64,000 nucleotides of DNA from Alphaproteobacteria bacterium (GCA_965220745.1 CBDCQT010000010.1:1-64000); one strand, 5' to 3'. Counted from the stretch's first letter, positions 49,477 to 60,082 are shown. Numbers and translations are program-made. Notes: a model not told the origin generated them from the sequence alone.

Positions 49477-50511
49477 GTGAAAAGCACATACAACCTCATC
49501 CCCACAAATCAGATTGACTTTGACCGGGAGAACCCAAGGATCAAGGTCGCCCTCGAGAAGTACGGCAACAAGCTTGACGAAAAGCGCATCCGTTTCGCAC
49601 TGCAAACCGCCACGGAAGGATCCACCAGCGCTTCCTCCTACCGCTCCTTAAAGGATTCTATCAGAGCAGCCCGAGGTATCTCAGTGCCCATCGTCGTCTG
49701 GTCCAACGACGATCGATTCGTGTGCGTTGACGGAAACACCCGCTTGGCAATCTACCATGAGCTCCACGAGGAGGGGGCCCCCGGCAACTGGGCAGCCATC
49801 AATTGCCTTGTGCTCGACGACCCCGATCAGCGAGACATCGAGACGATTCGGGTCACAGCCCACCTCGTAGGCGCACGCGAATGGCCCGCCTACGAGAAGG
49901 CGCGATACCTTCATCACCTGCGCAACGTCGAGTTCATGGACTACGACGAGCTCATCGCCCGGTGCGGGGGTAATAAGACGACGATCACCCAGCAAATCGA
50001 CGCCTACCACGACATGAATGAGTTTTACCGCGACGTCAGCAGCGACGACGCATTCAAGGTTGATCGGTTTAGCGGATTTGTCGAGCTTCAGAAGACGGGC
50101 GTCAAGGACGCTATTTACAGTGCGGGTTTCGATCTCCACGATTTCGGCCGCTGGATACGCGACGGTCAGATATACCGACTGGCCGATGTTCGAAAGCTCC
50201 CCCGCGTTCTTGCCGACGACGAAGCGAAAGACACATTTGTCAACGGCGGTGTCCGGTCAATCGAAGACGCCATCGACGTTGCCGAGGCCAACCGCCGAAA
50301 GGACATCCATGCTCCAACGGCCGATATCACAGTTGCCAATGCCAGCATGGCGGTACTGGCCGAAGCTCTCCTTCAGAGAATCAAAGCCCTGCCACGAGAG
50401 GACTACCTTGCACTCCGCGATCGGCATTACGAGACCGCGGACCAAGACGTTGACACCTTGAGTGATCTCGCCGAACAACTCCGCGACCTACTCCAAGATG
50501 TCTCAAAGTAA
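49477..50511 (+). CDS. ParB/Srx N-terminal domain protein A
   Basis: ENPRI...LKDSI...PIVV...VDGNTRL; AHLVGAREWPAYEKA. Confidence 0.75.
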   Translation: MKSTYNLIPTNQIDFDRENPRIKVALEKYGNKLDEKRIRFALQTATEGSTSASSYRSLKDSIRAARGISVPIVVWSNDDRFVCVDGNTRLAIYHELHEEGAPGNWAAINCLVLDDPDQRDIETIRVTAHLVGAREWPAYEKARYLHHLRNVEFMDYDELIARCGGNKTTITQQIDAYHDMNEFYRDVSSDDAFKVDRFSGFVELQKTGVKDAIYSAGFDLHDFGRWIRDGQIYRLADVRKLPRVLADDEAKDTFVNGGVRSIEDAIDVAEANRRKDIHAPTADITVANASMAVLAEALLQRIKALPREDYLALRDRHYETADQDVDTLSDLAEQLRDLLQDVSK

Positions 50512-50950
50512 CGTGCATCGTCTGCTGGTTGTCGCCGTCGCGCAAGCCATACAACAGCGTCATCCGGCGATGCACGTTACAGCTGATCTACTCGAAGCTC
50601 CTGGCGATCCGGTGCCTCCGCGCATCGGCGGCCACCGTCCTGACATCGTCGCCCGTTGCAGTGCCGCCTGTCTCCAGTTCATTATCGCGGAAGCCAAGAC
50701 CGACGGCGATATCGACAACCGACATACTCGAAGTCAAATTGGTGCCTTCGTGGATCACCTCGACGCCATGACAACGGGCACCGGCACCTTCATCTTGGCC
50801 GTCAACGGACATGTCGCAGATTCAGCAAGGACTCTACTCCGCTTTGCCTGTCGTCAACGCGTGTCGTCCCGACTCCATATCAAAGTGTTCGACGGCCTCG
50901 ACTTCTGGACCCTGGGTCCCCCTGGAGCCCCCCTGTGGCGTTTGTCCTAA
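50498..50950 (+). CDS. Small PD-(D/E)xK nuclease-fold protein
   Basis: IGGHRPDIVAR...IAEAKT...HTRSQ. Confidence 0.6.
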   Translation: MSQSNVHRLLVVAVAQAIQQRHPAMHVTADLLEAPGDPVPPRIGGHRPDIVARCSAACLQFIIAEAKTDGDIDNRHTRSQIGAFVDHLDAMTTGTGTFILAVNGHVADSARTLLRFACRQRVSSRLHIKVFDGLDFWTLGPPGAPLWRLS

Positions 50951-52437
50951 GACGCCAACCCGAACTTTCGCCCAAACATGCGGCGTATCCCTACCAGCTT
51001 GACGCCATTCGTGCCGTCAAGGATCTCACCTACGCAGCCATCTTTCATGAGCAAGGACTCGGAAAGACAAAGATTGCGATCGACCTAGCCCTGTTATGGC
51101 TGCAGAGCGACTCCGTAGATACCGTGTTCATCGTCACGAAGAAGTCGCTGGTCGAGAACTGGCGTAACGAAGTTGCGGGTCATTGTCACATCACGCCGCA
51201 CATCCTGTCCGGCAACCGAGCCCAGAACAGCGCGTCCCTCAACTCGCCAGTGCTCCTCTACGTCACCAACTACGAAACCATTGCTGCCAACGTACCGATC
51301 ATCAGATTATTCCTACAGACTTGTCGCGTCGGTTGCATCCTCGACGAGAGCCAGAAGATCAAGAATCCCGAGGCCGCCCTGACGCGTATCTTCCTAGACA
51401 TGGCCTCGTCCTTCGAGCGACGCATAATTATGACCGGAACACCCGCTGCAAACCGTCCGTATGACATCTGGGCGCAGATCAAGTTTCTTGATGGCGGTGA
51501 AGCGCTCGGTGATACCTTCGCGACTTTCAGGCAGAGAATGGATTTGCCCGCCAAACACGCGGAGGCGGCCGACTATGGCAGTCGGCTGTCCACGATCCAT
51601 CAACGTGTCGCCGCGTTTACTGTCCGAGAGACCAAGAACACGGCAGGTATCCACCTACCGGAAAAAACCATCACTGCTCATCACGTGGACTTGCCACCTT
51701 GGCAAATGGCAAAGTACGTCGCCTACCGCGACGAACTCGCCTATGAGTACGATATGAAAGGTGTTGTCGAAGTCGACGATGTTGAGAGCATTCTCAAGCG
51801 ACTACTTCGCCTAGTCCAATGTGCCTCGAATCCGGCACTCATTGACGGTCGATACGACCATGATCCCGCTAAATTTCCCCTTCTTCTTGATATGTGCGAT
51901 AACTTTACCGAAGATTCCAAGGTGATTATTTGGACCGGATTCATTGATAACGTTAACTGGCTAGCCGCCAAACTCGCAGAATTTGAGCCTGTATGTATAC
52001 ACGGCAGCTTGCCTATTCGCCAGCGCAATAGAGCCGTTGATTCTTTTACTAATTCCTCCAATTTAATTTTGATCGCCACTCCAGGTTCTGCAAAAGAGGG
52101 ACTTACTTTGACCGCCGCGAACCACGCTATCTTCTTTGACCGTGGCTTTAGCCTCGACGATTACCTCCAAGCACAAGACCGCATCCACCGTATCTCTCAG
52201 ACCCGCAATTGCTTTATCCATAATCTTATTGCCAATGATACGATCGACGAATGGGTTGATGTCTTACTGACTGCCAAGTATCGCGCGGCGCAACTAACAC
52301 AGGGCGATATCGATCCCGCTGCTTTTCACGACTACTTCCGTACAGACATTTCTGAGGTACTGCAAGGCATTCTGTTTCCGCGTCGAGCCACCTCAAGCCG
52401 TCAGTTGTCTGAGCAATCGGAGGCCACGGGCCGATGA
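50935..52437 (+). CDS. SNF2-family helicase/ATPase
   Basis: EQGLGKT, LDESQKIKN, MTGTP, KEGLTLTAA and QAQDRIHRISQ; GTG start after GGAG. Confidence 0.9.
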   Translation: MAFVLRRQPELSPKHAAYPYQLDAIRAVKDLTYAAIFHEQGLGKTKIAIDLALLWLQSDSVDTVFIVTKKSLVENWRNEVAGHCHITPHILSGNRAQNSASLNSPVLLYVTNYETIAANVPIIRLFLQTCRVGCILDESQKIKNPEAALTRIFLDMASSFERRIIMTGTPAANRPYDIWAQIKFLDGGEALGDTFATFRQRMDLPAKHAEAADYGSRLSTIHQRVAAFTVRETKNTAGIHLPEKTITAHHVDLPPWQMAKYVAYRDELAYEYDMKGVVEVDDVESILKRLLRLVQCASNPALIDGRYDHDPAKFPLLLDMCDNFTEDSKVIIWTGFIDNVNWLAAKLAEFEPVCIHGSLPIRQRNRAVDSFTNSSNLILIATPGSAKEGLTLTAANHAIFFDRGFSLDDYLQAQDRIHRISQTRNCFIHNLIANDTIDEWVDVLLTAKYRAAQLTQGDIDPAAFHDYFRTDISEVLQGILFPRRATSSRQLSEQSEATGR

Positions 52438-53450
52438 ACCCTGATGAGACAAGCATCTCCATATTGGAGCATGACGTTTCCGCCCGCCACGAGCTTATTC
52501 CCATCGATCAACTGCTTTTTTTGCCCGACAATCCTCGGGTGTATGCTGCTATACGAGATATGTCCGATTTCGCTGACCTCACACCAGACGAGAAGCAGCA
52601 ACGCATCTATGAACGCTTGCTCCAAGAGCCTAGCGTCAAGAATCTTATACCTGAGATCCAGCGGGACGGTGGACTACAAGAACCCGTGATTGTCCGTTGG
52701 GACACTCGGCAAGTGATTGAAGGCAACTCGCGTTTAGCTGCTTACCGGAAATTACTTGACGAAAATTCCCAAGATGACCGCTGGACACAAATCCGCTGTC
52801 TTGTCGTAAAGACCCTTACGGATGAACAACAGACGCGACTTCTAGGTCAAGCGCATCTAGAGGGAAGAACCGAATGGTCGCCGTATGCGAAGGCTTTGTT
52901 CTGCTTTCGCTGGGTGGTTGAGGACGGGCGAGATATTGCTACTTTGACACGAGTATGCCGTTTTACTGCCGCTGAGATAAGGAAGAATGTTAAAATTATA
53001 GAACTAATGCAGCAGAATAATGATAAGATCCTATCTAATTTCAGCTATTACAACGTTCTCATCCGAAATCGGGTCATCTCATCTGCTATCGGAGATAGCC
53101 CACTACTGAAACAAACACTGTTGACCCAAATCAAATCTGAAGACTTTACCGCCCAAGAAATGCGCGAGCATCTTCCTGTCATTATAGCCAAACCGCGTAT
53201 TCTAAAAAAATACGAGAAAGGTGAAGTGACGCTTGATGAAGCCTTTGAACGCGCAAAAATTAGTGGCGCTGAACAACAGCTCAAGAAGATTCGCGACGGC
53301 CTAGACGACATCCGTTCAGAGGATATATCTCCGCTGGAACGCGATGCTCTCGGTGCTGTACAGCAGCTTGTTAGACAGATCAATCGGCACCTTAAGCGTG
53401 TCTCTGGTATGGTCGAGGCTAAACTTGCTGAGAAATCCAACAATTCATGA
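52434..53450 (+). CDS. ParB/Srx N-terminal domain protein B
   Basis: DNPRV...GGLQEPVIV...IEGNSRL; AHLEGRTEWSPYAKA. Confidence 0.75.
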   Translation: MNPDETSISILEHDVSARHELIPIDQLLFLPDNPRVYAAIRDMSDFADLTPDEKQQRIYERLLQEPSVKNLIPEIQRDGGLQEPVIVRWDTRQVIEGNSRLAAYRKLLDENSQDDRWTQIRCLVVKTLTDEQQTRLLGQAHLEGRTEWSPYAKALFCFRWVVEDGRDIATLTRVCRFTAAEIRKNVKIIELMQQNNDKILSNFSYYNVLIRNRVISSAIGDSPLLKQTLLTQIKSEDFTAQEMREHLPVIIAKPRILKKYEKGEVTLDEAFERAKISGAEQQLKKIRDGLDDIRSEDISPLERDALGAVQQLVRQINRHLKRVSGMVEAKLAEKSNNS

Positions 53451-55105
53451 ATGAAAGTTTGGATGCTATGATAAAAAGGAACGTTCTGCTAGTCGAACCA
53501 GGCTATCCGAACAAGTATCCTCCACTCGGCCTGATGAAGATTGCCGCCTACCATGGCCCCAACGGCCGCGGCGATAATGTGCTGTTTGTTAAGGGCGATA
53601 CGCCTGAAGCTCTTAATCGCGTCTGGGACCGCGTCTACGTAACCACTCTATTCAGTTTCGAGTGGAAGCGGACTTCCGCTGCTATCGACTTCGCACTGCG
53701 CGCCGTCCGCGGTCAGGCGGAGCGAGTATTTGTCGGCGGCATAGCGGCCACACTGATGTTTGACGAGTTTGCCGGCGAGCCACGCTGGGCGGGTGTACGC
53801 TTCATCAAGGGCCTTCTCGACCAGCCGCCCGCCCGCTCTCTGCAACTTTTCGCCGAGGACGGCGATTTCGGTGCCGATGATCTTGCTGGCACGTCGATCG
53901 AGGAATTGGTTCCCGATTACAGCATTCTCCGCCAGACTCCCTACACCTATCCAGTACGGAATGCCTACTTCGGATACGCGTCCCGGGGATGCGTCCGTCA
54001 ATGTGCCTTCTGCGGCGTTCCTAAGCTGGAGGGTGCGCAACGCGAGATGCCTCCGATCACTAGCCTTATCGCCGGCGTAGACGAGCAGTTTGGTCCGAAG
54101 AAAGACCTCATCCTTATGGACAACAACATCGCCGCCAGTTCCCGATATAAGGAGGTGATCGCCGAGATTCGGGATCTTGGGTTCCAGAGCGGCGCTATGT
54201 TCGAACGACCGGACACTCTACCCGTCAAACGACGTGTCGACTTCAACCAAGGGATCGACGCCCGCATCCTCTGCAAGACACCTATGTACCTCAAGGAGAT
54301 GGCGACGATCTGCATAGATCCTTTGCGCATCGCCTTCGACCACGTTGGGATGCGGCGGGTCTACGAGCGTTCTGTACATATGGCGGCCGAATACGGGTTG
54401 AGATCGCTGTCCAACTACATGCTTTACAACTTCATGGACACGCCGAACGACCTCTACCAGCGGATGAGCATCAACATTGAGCTCAACGAGCGCCTTGGCG
54501 TTAGGATTTGGTCCTTCCCAATGCGGTATCTGCCCGTCACGATGAAGGATCGTTCACACGTGGGCAAGAACTGGAACCGCTACTACCTCAGGTCCTTCCA
54601 GATCATGCTGCAAGCTACACACGGCGTCGTGTCAGGCAGCAACGAGTTCTTTCTCAGGGCCTTTGGAAATAGCGATGAAGAATTCGAGAGGCTTCTCGCA
54701 CTGCCACATGCGTTCATATTCCAGCGAGACTTCTATGAACACGGGGAAGGTAGACCTGTTCTCGACGAGTACCTTGCCCTGCTGCACCGGGCCACTGAAG
54801 CAGAACGCATCGAACTCATCAGCCTGCTCAGCGAAACTTTGCTCGCTCGACCACGCCGCCAAGCATTCCTTCGCCTACTTTCCGATAAGTCCACAGGCCA
54901 GCTCATCCGCGAGCTCGCACGATTCCACGCTATCGATACAAAGGCTGCGAAAGTCACAGACATAGCCAACGTCTTCCCCGAGGTGTCACCCGACCACATG
55001 CTTCCAGAGCCCGATGCGCTCGTCGAGGACGCGGGGCTCTACGAGCCGCTCGAACCGACAGCCCAAGTCACCTCCAGTCACCACGCTGAACGCGGATCCT
55101 GCTGA
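53447..55105 (+). CDS. Radical SAM protein with B12-binding-like N-terminus
   Basis: LLVEP...YPPLGLMKIA; SRGCVRQCAFC (CxxxCxxC); DNN; VDFNQGIDAR. Confidence 0.85.
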   Translation: MNESLDAMIKRNVLLVEPGYPNKYPPLGLMKIAAYHGPNGRGDNVLFVKGDTPEALNRVWDRVYVTTLFSFEWKRTSAAIDFALRAVRGQAERVFVGGIAATLMFDEFAGEPRWAGVRFIKGLLDQPPARSLQLFAEDGDFGADDLAGTSIEELVPDYSILRQTPYTYPVRNAYFGYASRGCVRQCAFCGVPKLEGAQREMPPITSLIAGVDEQFGPKKDLILMDNNIAASSRYKEVIAEIRDLGFQSGAMFERPDTLPVKRRVDFNQGIDARILCKTPMYLKEMATICIDPLRIAFDHVGMRRVYERSVHMAAEYGLRSLSNYMLYNFMDTPNDLYQRMSINIELNERLGVRIWSFPMRYLPVTMKDRSHVGKNWNRYYLRSFQIMLQATHGVVSGSNEFFLRAFGNSDEEFERLLALPHAFIFQRDFYEHGEGRPVLDEYLALLHRATEAERIELISLLSETLLARPRRQAFLRLLSDKSTGQLIRELARFHAIDTKAAKVTDIANVFPEVSPDHMLPEPDALVEDAGLYEPLEPTAQVTSSHHAERGSC

Positions 55106-56604
55106 TGTCCGAGGATGCTCTCGTCGGCGGTGACATACTCCGCCTCGTCACTGCAGGCATGTACGACAATCCACTAGTCATCTACCGCGAATACCTTCAG
55201 AACGCCGCCGACTCCATAGCCTCTCTCAACGATGGTACCGGCTCGGTGAGCGTCACCATCGATCCAGTAGGATCGCAAGTCACCATTATGGACGATGGGA
55301 CCGGACTTTCGCCATCCGACGCTGTCCGTCGCCTAGTCCACATTGGTAACAGCACCAAAGTTCGCGGCGTCGAACGTGGACTACGTGGCATCGGTCGACT
55401 ATCGGCTCTCGCCTTCGCTGAGAACGTCCACTTCACGACGCGCACACGTGCCTCAGAACCTGTTACTCGGGTGTCCTGGAGCAGTCGTGCATTGCGCAAA
55501 CTTGATGTCGCTCACGTTGATGCCAGGACCGCAATCGAAGCCTGTACAACCGTCCAATCCCTTTCAAACGATCATTGGCCTGATCGATTTTTTCAGGTGA
55601 CAGTCGACGGAGTTACTCGACACGCCGCTTCGAGCATTCTCAACAGGGATGCTGTCAGGAGCTACATCGCAGAGGTCTGCCCAGTGCCCCTGGACTCTTC
55701 CTTCCCGCTTGAAGGCGAGATCCAGAACTTCCTTACCGCTCACACGGATTATTTTGTGCTCGACGTTCGGATCAACGGAGATCAGGAGCCGATAGTACGG
55801 CCTTTCAAACAGGCAATCCCTCTAACGGACGATTTTTCCGCCGTATTTGAGCGGTTGGAAACTCAGGTGATTCCTCAAGTTGATCAAGGCCACCCTGCCG
55901 CTGTTCTGTGGCTCGCACACACACCCTACGCCGGCTCCATATCCCGACGACTGAGCATCCGTGGCCTCCGTGCACGTGCCGGAAATATCCAGATCGGCTC
56001 GGATGGTGTTTTCGAACATCTCTTCCACGAGACACGCTTCAACGGTTGGTGCGTAGGCGAGGTACATATTATCGACAGTCGTATAGTCCCGAACGCTCGC
56101 CGCGACTACTTCGAGGCTGGTCCCCATCTCCGTAACCTCGAAAACCACATCGGCGCCATCGCCCACAAGATCAGCTCCCGGTGCCGTCGCGCTTCATCTC
56201 AGCGAAACAAGCTCCGAGCCGCAAGACTGGTCATTAATCAGGCCAGCTGCGCCCGCGAACTAGCCACCTCCGGGTATCTCCGCGCCGAGGACGCTTCACA
56301 ACTGCTCAGGCTTCAACGCGAACGCTTACTCCAAGTCAGAGAAACTCTCCAACATGTTCAAGGCGTGACCTCGCACTCTAGTCTAGACGACCTTGACCTT
56401 TGCCAGGCTCAACTGGACGCCGTCAAGTTCGACGCCGAACCTTCCCTGATCGGCATTCCACCTGACTCTGTCGGTAATCTCCTATCGGCCTTTGGTGTGC
56501 TCTCCCAGTCCCTGCCGCCGGATACGGCCGTTGACTTGATCGAAACCATTATGCGTCGGCTGTCCGCCGATATGTCAGCCTCCAAGGCTGCCAAGAAGGC
56601 TTAA
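55105..56604 (+). CDS. GHKL (Hsp90/MORC-like) ATPase
   Basis: REYLQNAADS, DDGTG and RGIGRLS motifs. Confidence 0.85.
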   Translation: MSEDALVGGDILRLVTAGMYDNPLVIYREYLQNAADSIASLNDGTGSVSVTIDPVGSQVTIMDDGTGLSPSDAVRRLVHIGNSTKVRGVERGLRGIGRLSALAFAENVHFTTRTRASEPVTRVSWSSRALRKLDVAHVDARTAIEACTTVQSLSNDHWPDRFFQVTVDGVTRHAASSILNRDAVRSYIAEVCPVPLDSSFPLEGEIQNFLTAHTDYFVLDVRINGDQEPIVRPFKQAIPLTDDFSAVFERLETQVIPQVDQGHPAAVLWLAHTPYAGSISRRLSIRGLRARAGNIQIGSDGVFEHLFHETRFNGWCVGEVHIIDSRIVPNARRDYFEAGPHLRNLENHIGAIAHKISSRCRRASSQRNKLRAARLVINQASCARELATSGYLRAEDASQLLRLQRERLLQVRETLQHVQGVTSHSSLDDLDLCQAQLDAVKFDAEPSLIGIPPDSVGNLLSAFGVLSQSLPPDTAVDLIETIMRRLSADMSASKAAKKA

Positions 56605-57044
56605 AGTATAATAAGACGTCACCTTGGATATACCATTGGAAAAGTCCCCTTTTCAGGATCACTCGACCTCATAACGTTTCCAAAAATCTCTTTCTTCCAG
56701 GGAATACATTTTTCGGACTCCCGTCACGCCTCTCCCCCCCACTAGTAAAGCCTTCTTGCGCGGTCAGAAGGTCCTCTAGGGAGATTAGAATCGGATCCTT
56801 CGGTTTTATATGTTCCGGCAACATCTACCGGCTCCTTACGCGCCACCTCAGCGCCTACTGCGACATTAAGTACTTCCCTCTCTTTGCTTGACGCACAGAG
56901 AAGCTGTTCGGGAATACTTGGCCCCGGACCCTTTGAGGCATCTCGATCAGGATGGCGTCGCGCCACCAAAGCTCCGCTTGCCCAGTGGCCCTAAGTGTCG
57001 GCCTCATTGAGGCGCGTCGGTGGCACCAGCATGAGCACTTCGAG

Positions 57045-57768
57045 TCAGCCACTTGAGCTTACCTCACTCCCATCCAAGGCCCGCGCGATGGCCGCACCGA
57101 TGCGCTCCGCCGCCGCCTCGGTCTCGCGGTCTCCGACATGGGCGTAGCGCAGCGTCATGCTCGGCCGCTTGTGACCCAGCAGGCGCGAGACGACGGGCAG
57201 CGGGATGCCCTGCAAGACGGCGTGACTTGCGAACGTGTGTCTGAGGTCATGCAGGCGCACGTCTTCGAGCCCCGCTCTCTTGCGTACCGAACGCCAGAGC
57301 GGCAGGCCGGACGACAGCGGCCGCCCGGGATCGAGCGGCGAGGGGAAGACGCAGGCGCTCCCCGAGCGTGGCTGACGCTCCAGGATGGCGCGGGCCGGCG
57401 CGCTCAGAAGGACGGTTCTCGGTCCGCCCTTGGCGTCGACCAGATTGAGCGTGTTCCCGTCGATGTCCTGCCAGCGCAGAGTAACGATCTCGTTCCTTCG
57501 ACAGCCCGTCAGCAACAGAAGACGGATGATGTCCGCCTGCCGGGCGCGTGACGGTCGCACGCTGCCATAGTGGTCAAGCTCGTGGTGGAGGCGACGGACC
57601 TCCTCGCGCGACAGGAAGCGCGTGAGCTTCGGACGGGGATTCCGCCTGATGCCGCGGACCGGATTCGTATCGAGATGACCGCAGACGACTGCATGGTTCA
57701 GCATCCGGCGGAGCAGGTTCAGCCCGTGATTGGCCCCGCCGGGAGCGGTCCGGCTGTACTCGTCGAAC
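57045..57768 (-). pseudogene. Tyrosine integrase, N-terminally truncated by IS3
   Basis: TGCRRNEI, HDLRHTFAS and LLGH...MTLRYAH; 5' end abuts the IS3 end. Confidence 0.85.
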
Positions 57769-59031
57769 TGATCCTCCCCCATCGGATTGGTCCACCCTTA
57801 GGTTATGGAAAGAGGAGGACCGACGATGGCAAGGAAGCGTTACAAGCCCGAGGAGATCGTGAGCCTGCTGCGGCGGGCTGAGGTTCTGAACGGCCAGGGC
57901 ATGTCGATGGCGGACGCGATCCGCGAGCTTGGGATCAGCGAGGTTACCTTCTACCGCTGGCGCAAGGAGTATGCCGGGATGAGCGGCGATCAGCTCCGCC
58001 GTTTGAAGGAGCTCGAGAAGGAGAACGAGCGGCTGCGCCGTGCGGTCTCCGATCTGACGCTGGACAAGCAGATTCTCAAAGAGGCCGCAGGGGGAAACTT
58101 CTAAGCCCCTCGCGCCGGCGCCAGTGCATCGATCATGTCTGTGACCGGCTCGGGGTCTCGGAACGCCGCGCTTGCCGGGTGCTGGGGCAGCACCGCTCGA
58201 CCCAGCGCCGCATCCCGCGCGGCCGCGACGACGAGGACCGCCTGGTCGCGTACATGATCGAGCTGGCCCGCCAGTACGGCCGTTACGGCTATCGCCGCAT
58301 CGCGGCCCTGCTTCGCGATGCCGGCTGGCAGGTCAACGACAAGCGGATCGAGCGCTTGTGGCGGCGCGAGGGGCTGAAGGTGCCCGGCAAGCAACCGAAG
58401 CGGGGCCGGCTTTGGCTCAATGACGGCTCCTGCATCCGGCTGCGCGCCGAGAGGGCGGATCACGTCTGGTCCTACGACTTCGTCCATCACCGGACGTATG
58501 ACGGCAGGGCCTTCCGCATGCTCAACGTCCTGGACGAGTTCACCCGCGAGAGCCTGGTCATCCGGGTGCGCAGGAGGCTTTCCTCGATCGACGTCATCGA
58601 TGTGCTGACCGACCTGTTCATCCTGCGCGGCATTCCGACCTGGATCCGTTCCGACAACGGTCCGGAGTTCGTCGCCGAGGCCGTCAGGCGGTGGATCGCT
58701 GCGGTCAGCGCCCGCACCGCCTTCATCGAGCCGGGCTCACCCTGGGAGAACGGCTACATCGAGAGCTTCAATGCGCGGCTGCGCGACGAGCTCCTGAACG
58801 GGGAGATCTTCTACACCCTGAAGGAAGCCCAGGTTCTCATCGAATCGTGGCGGTGCCATTACAACGCCGTGCGCCCACACAGCAGCCTGGGATACCGGCC
58901 GCCGGCCCCGGAGACGATCATCATGCCAAGCTGGCCGCCCGGCTCCGCTACGCTCCGCCGGTCACCCAGCTTGGCCGGCAAACCCGCAATGCACTAACAT
59001 TCGACTTGGACCAGTCGACGGGGGCAGGTCA
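57769..59031 (+). mobile_element. IS3-family element
   Basis: TG...CA ends; IRs TGATCCTCCCCCATCGGATTGGTCCA / (rc)TGACCTGCCCCCGTCGACTGGTCCA; no TSD. Confidence 0.9.
57826..58997 (+). CDS. IS3 transposase OrfA (57826-58104) plus OrfB joined by -1 frameshift
   Basis: OrfA HTH; slippery GGGGGAAAC near 58090; OrfB with WSYDF, SDNGPEF and ESFN. Confidence 0.9.
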
Positions 59032-59275
59032 GTCTGTCCAGCCGTGTCAGGAGGCTATATCCCTCATCCTTGATGCGGATCGATTCGCCTGACGTCAGGT
59101 TTCCCATGTAGCTCCCTGTCTTGCCGCCCACAATTATCGTGTGACCGTACTTGGGGAAGTTGTAGGCGTAGTCAGCCAAGCTGACGGCTACAGGCTCCGC
59201 GCGAACCGTGCCGATCCCGACCAGACCTATGACTGCCATTGCTGCGATGATCGCTTTCATATCCACCCTTCTCAT
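59032..59275 (-). pseudogene. Signal-peptide protein truncated by IS3
   Basis: MKAIIAAMAVIGLVGIGTVRA-E; frame runs into the IS end. Confidence 0.45.
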
Positions 59276-59515
59276 GCTCGGGTTGCGACGCCGGCGGGCG
59301 CCGGGCCGTTGTCACCACCCACAGGTACGTGAGAAGTCCTGCCTATTTACCAAGACCAGGGAGCTACCCCGGCCCGAGTGCAGGCTGTTGTATTCGGCAG
59401 GTGACCCGACAGAGCGGGACCTGCGAGTGGTGACGGAAGTAGCGTCACAGAAAGTGACGGTAGTCGCAATAGCGTGGTATGATGGGGGTGGCGGTTAAGA
59501 ACAAGGAGTCGCGCC

Positions 59516-59701
59516 GTGGACGATGCGGATACCCACGCCAAGACAGCAGTCAGGGTCAAGCCATCCAGTTACCAGCCGAGCAAGGCGGAGCTGGAGGAAG
59601 ACATGAGCGTCGATGCAACGCCGGAGGCCCTGGCGGACTGCATCGGGCAGTCAGTGGCGGTGACGAAGCCTCAAGTGCGAACCGGGACCGATACCGGCTA
59701 A
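59516..59701 (+). CDS. Small hypothetical protein or remnant
   Basis: VRVKPSSYQPSKAELEEDMSVDATPEALA; GGAG upstream. Confidence 0.4.
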   Translation: MDDADTHAKTAVRVKPSSYQPSKAELEEDMSVDATPEALADCIGQSVAVTKPQVRTGTDTG

Positions 59702-59764
59702 GCCAAGATCGACGAGAGTACCAATGCGGAAGAGCGGCGCGCCCGATGGGCGCTCTTGTTACTT

Positions 59765-60061
59765 TCAGTTATAACTCCCTTCGTAAAGATCGTCCCAATC
59801 GGGGTTGTGCGCGACGATGAGATTGACCTTCCAGGCGCGCGGCCAGTGCTTCATGGTCCGTTCCCGCTGGATGGCCGCGGCAATGTCCTCGTGGCGCTCC
59901 GCGTAGACGAGCCGGGTCAGGCGGTACCGCTTGGTGAACCCCTCGACCAGGCCCTCGCGGTGTTCCCACGCCCTGCGTACAACGTTACTGGTGACACCGA
60001 GATAGAGCGTGCCGTTGGGTCGGTTGGTCATGATGTAGACCCAGCCCCCGCCCTCTCTCAT
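59765..60061 (-). CDS. Small GIY-YIG nuclease (YhbQ-like)
   Basis: WVYIM...TLYLGVT...EH..G...FTKRY...AIQRE..MK.W.R.WK. Confidence 0.9.
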   Translation of the reverse strand: MREGGGWVYIMTNRPNGTLYLGVTSNVVRRAWEHREGLVEGFTKRYRLTRLVYAERHEDIAAAIQRERTMKHWPRAWKVNLIVAHNPDWDDLYEGSYN

Positions 60062-60082
60062 GTCCCCATGCTGCAATCCGTG

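Noticed and set aside
53447-55105. Prokaryotic viperin or QueE (Dpd system)
   Set aside because: Much longer, has a B12-like N-terminus, and no que/dpd genes are nearby
56604-57045. Short ORFs or an att/tRNA site downstream of the integrase
   Set aside because: No motif, tRNA fragment or matching repeat found in the window
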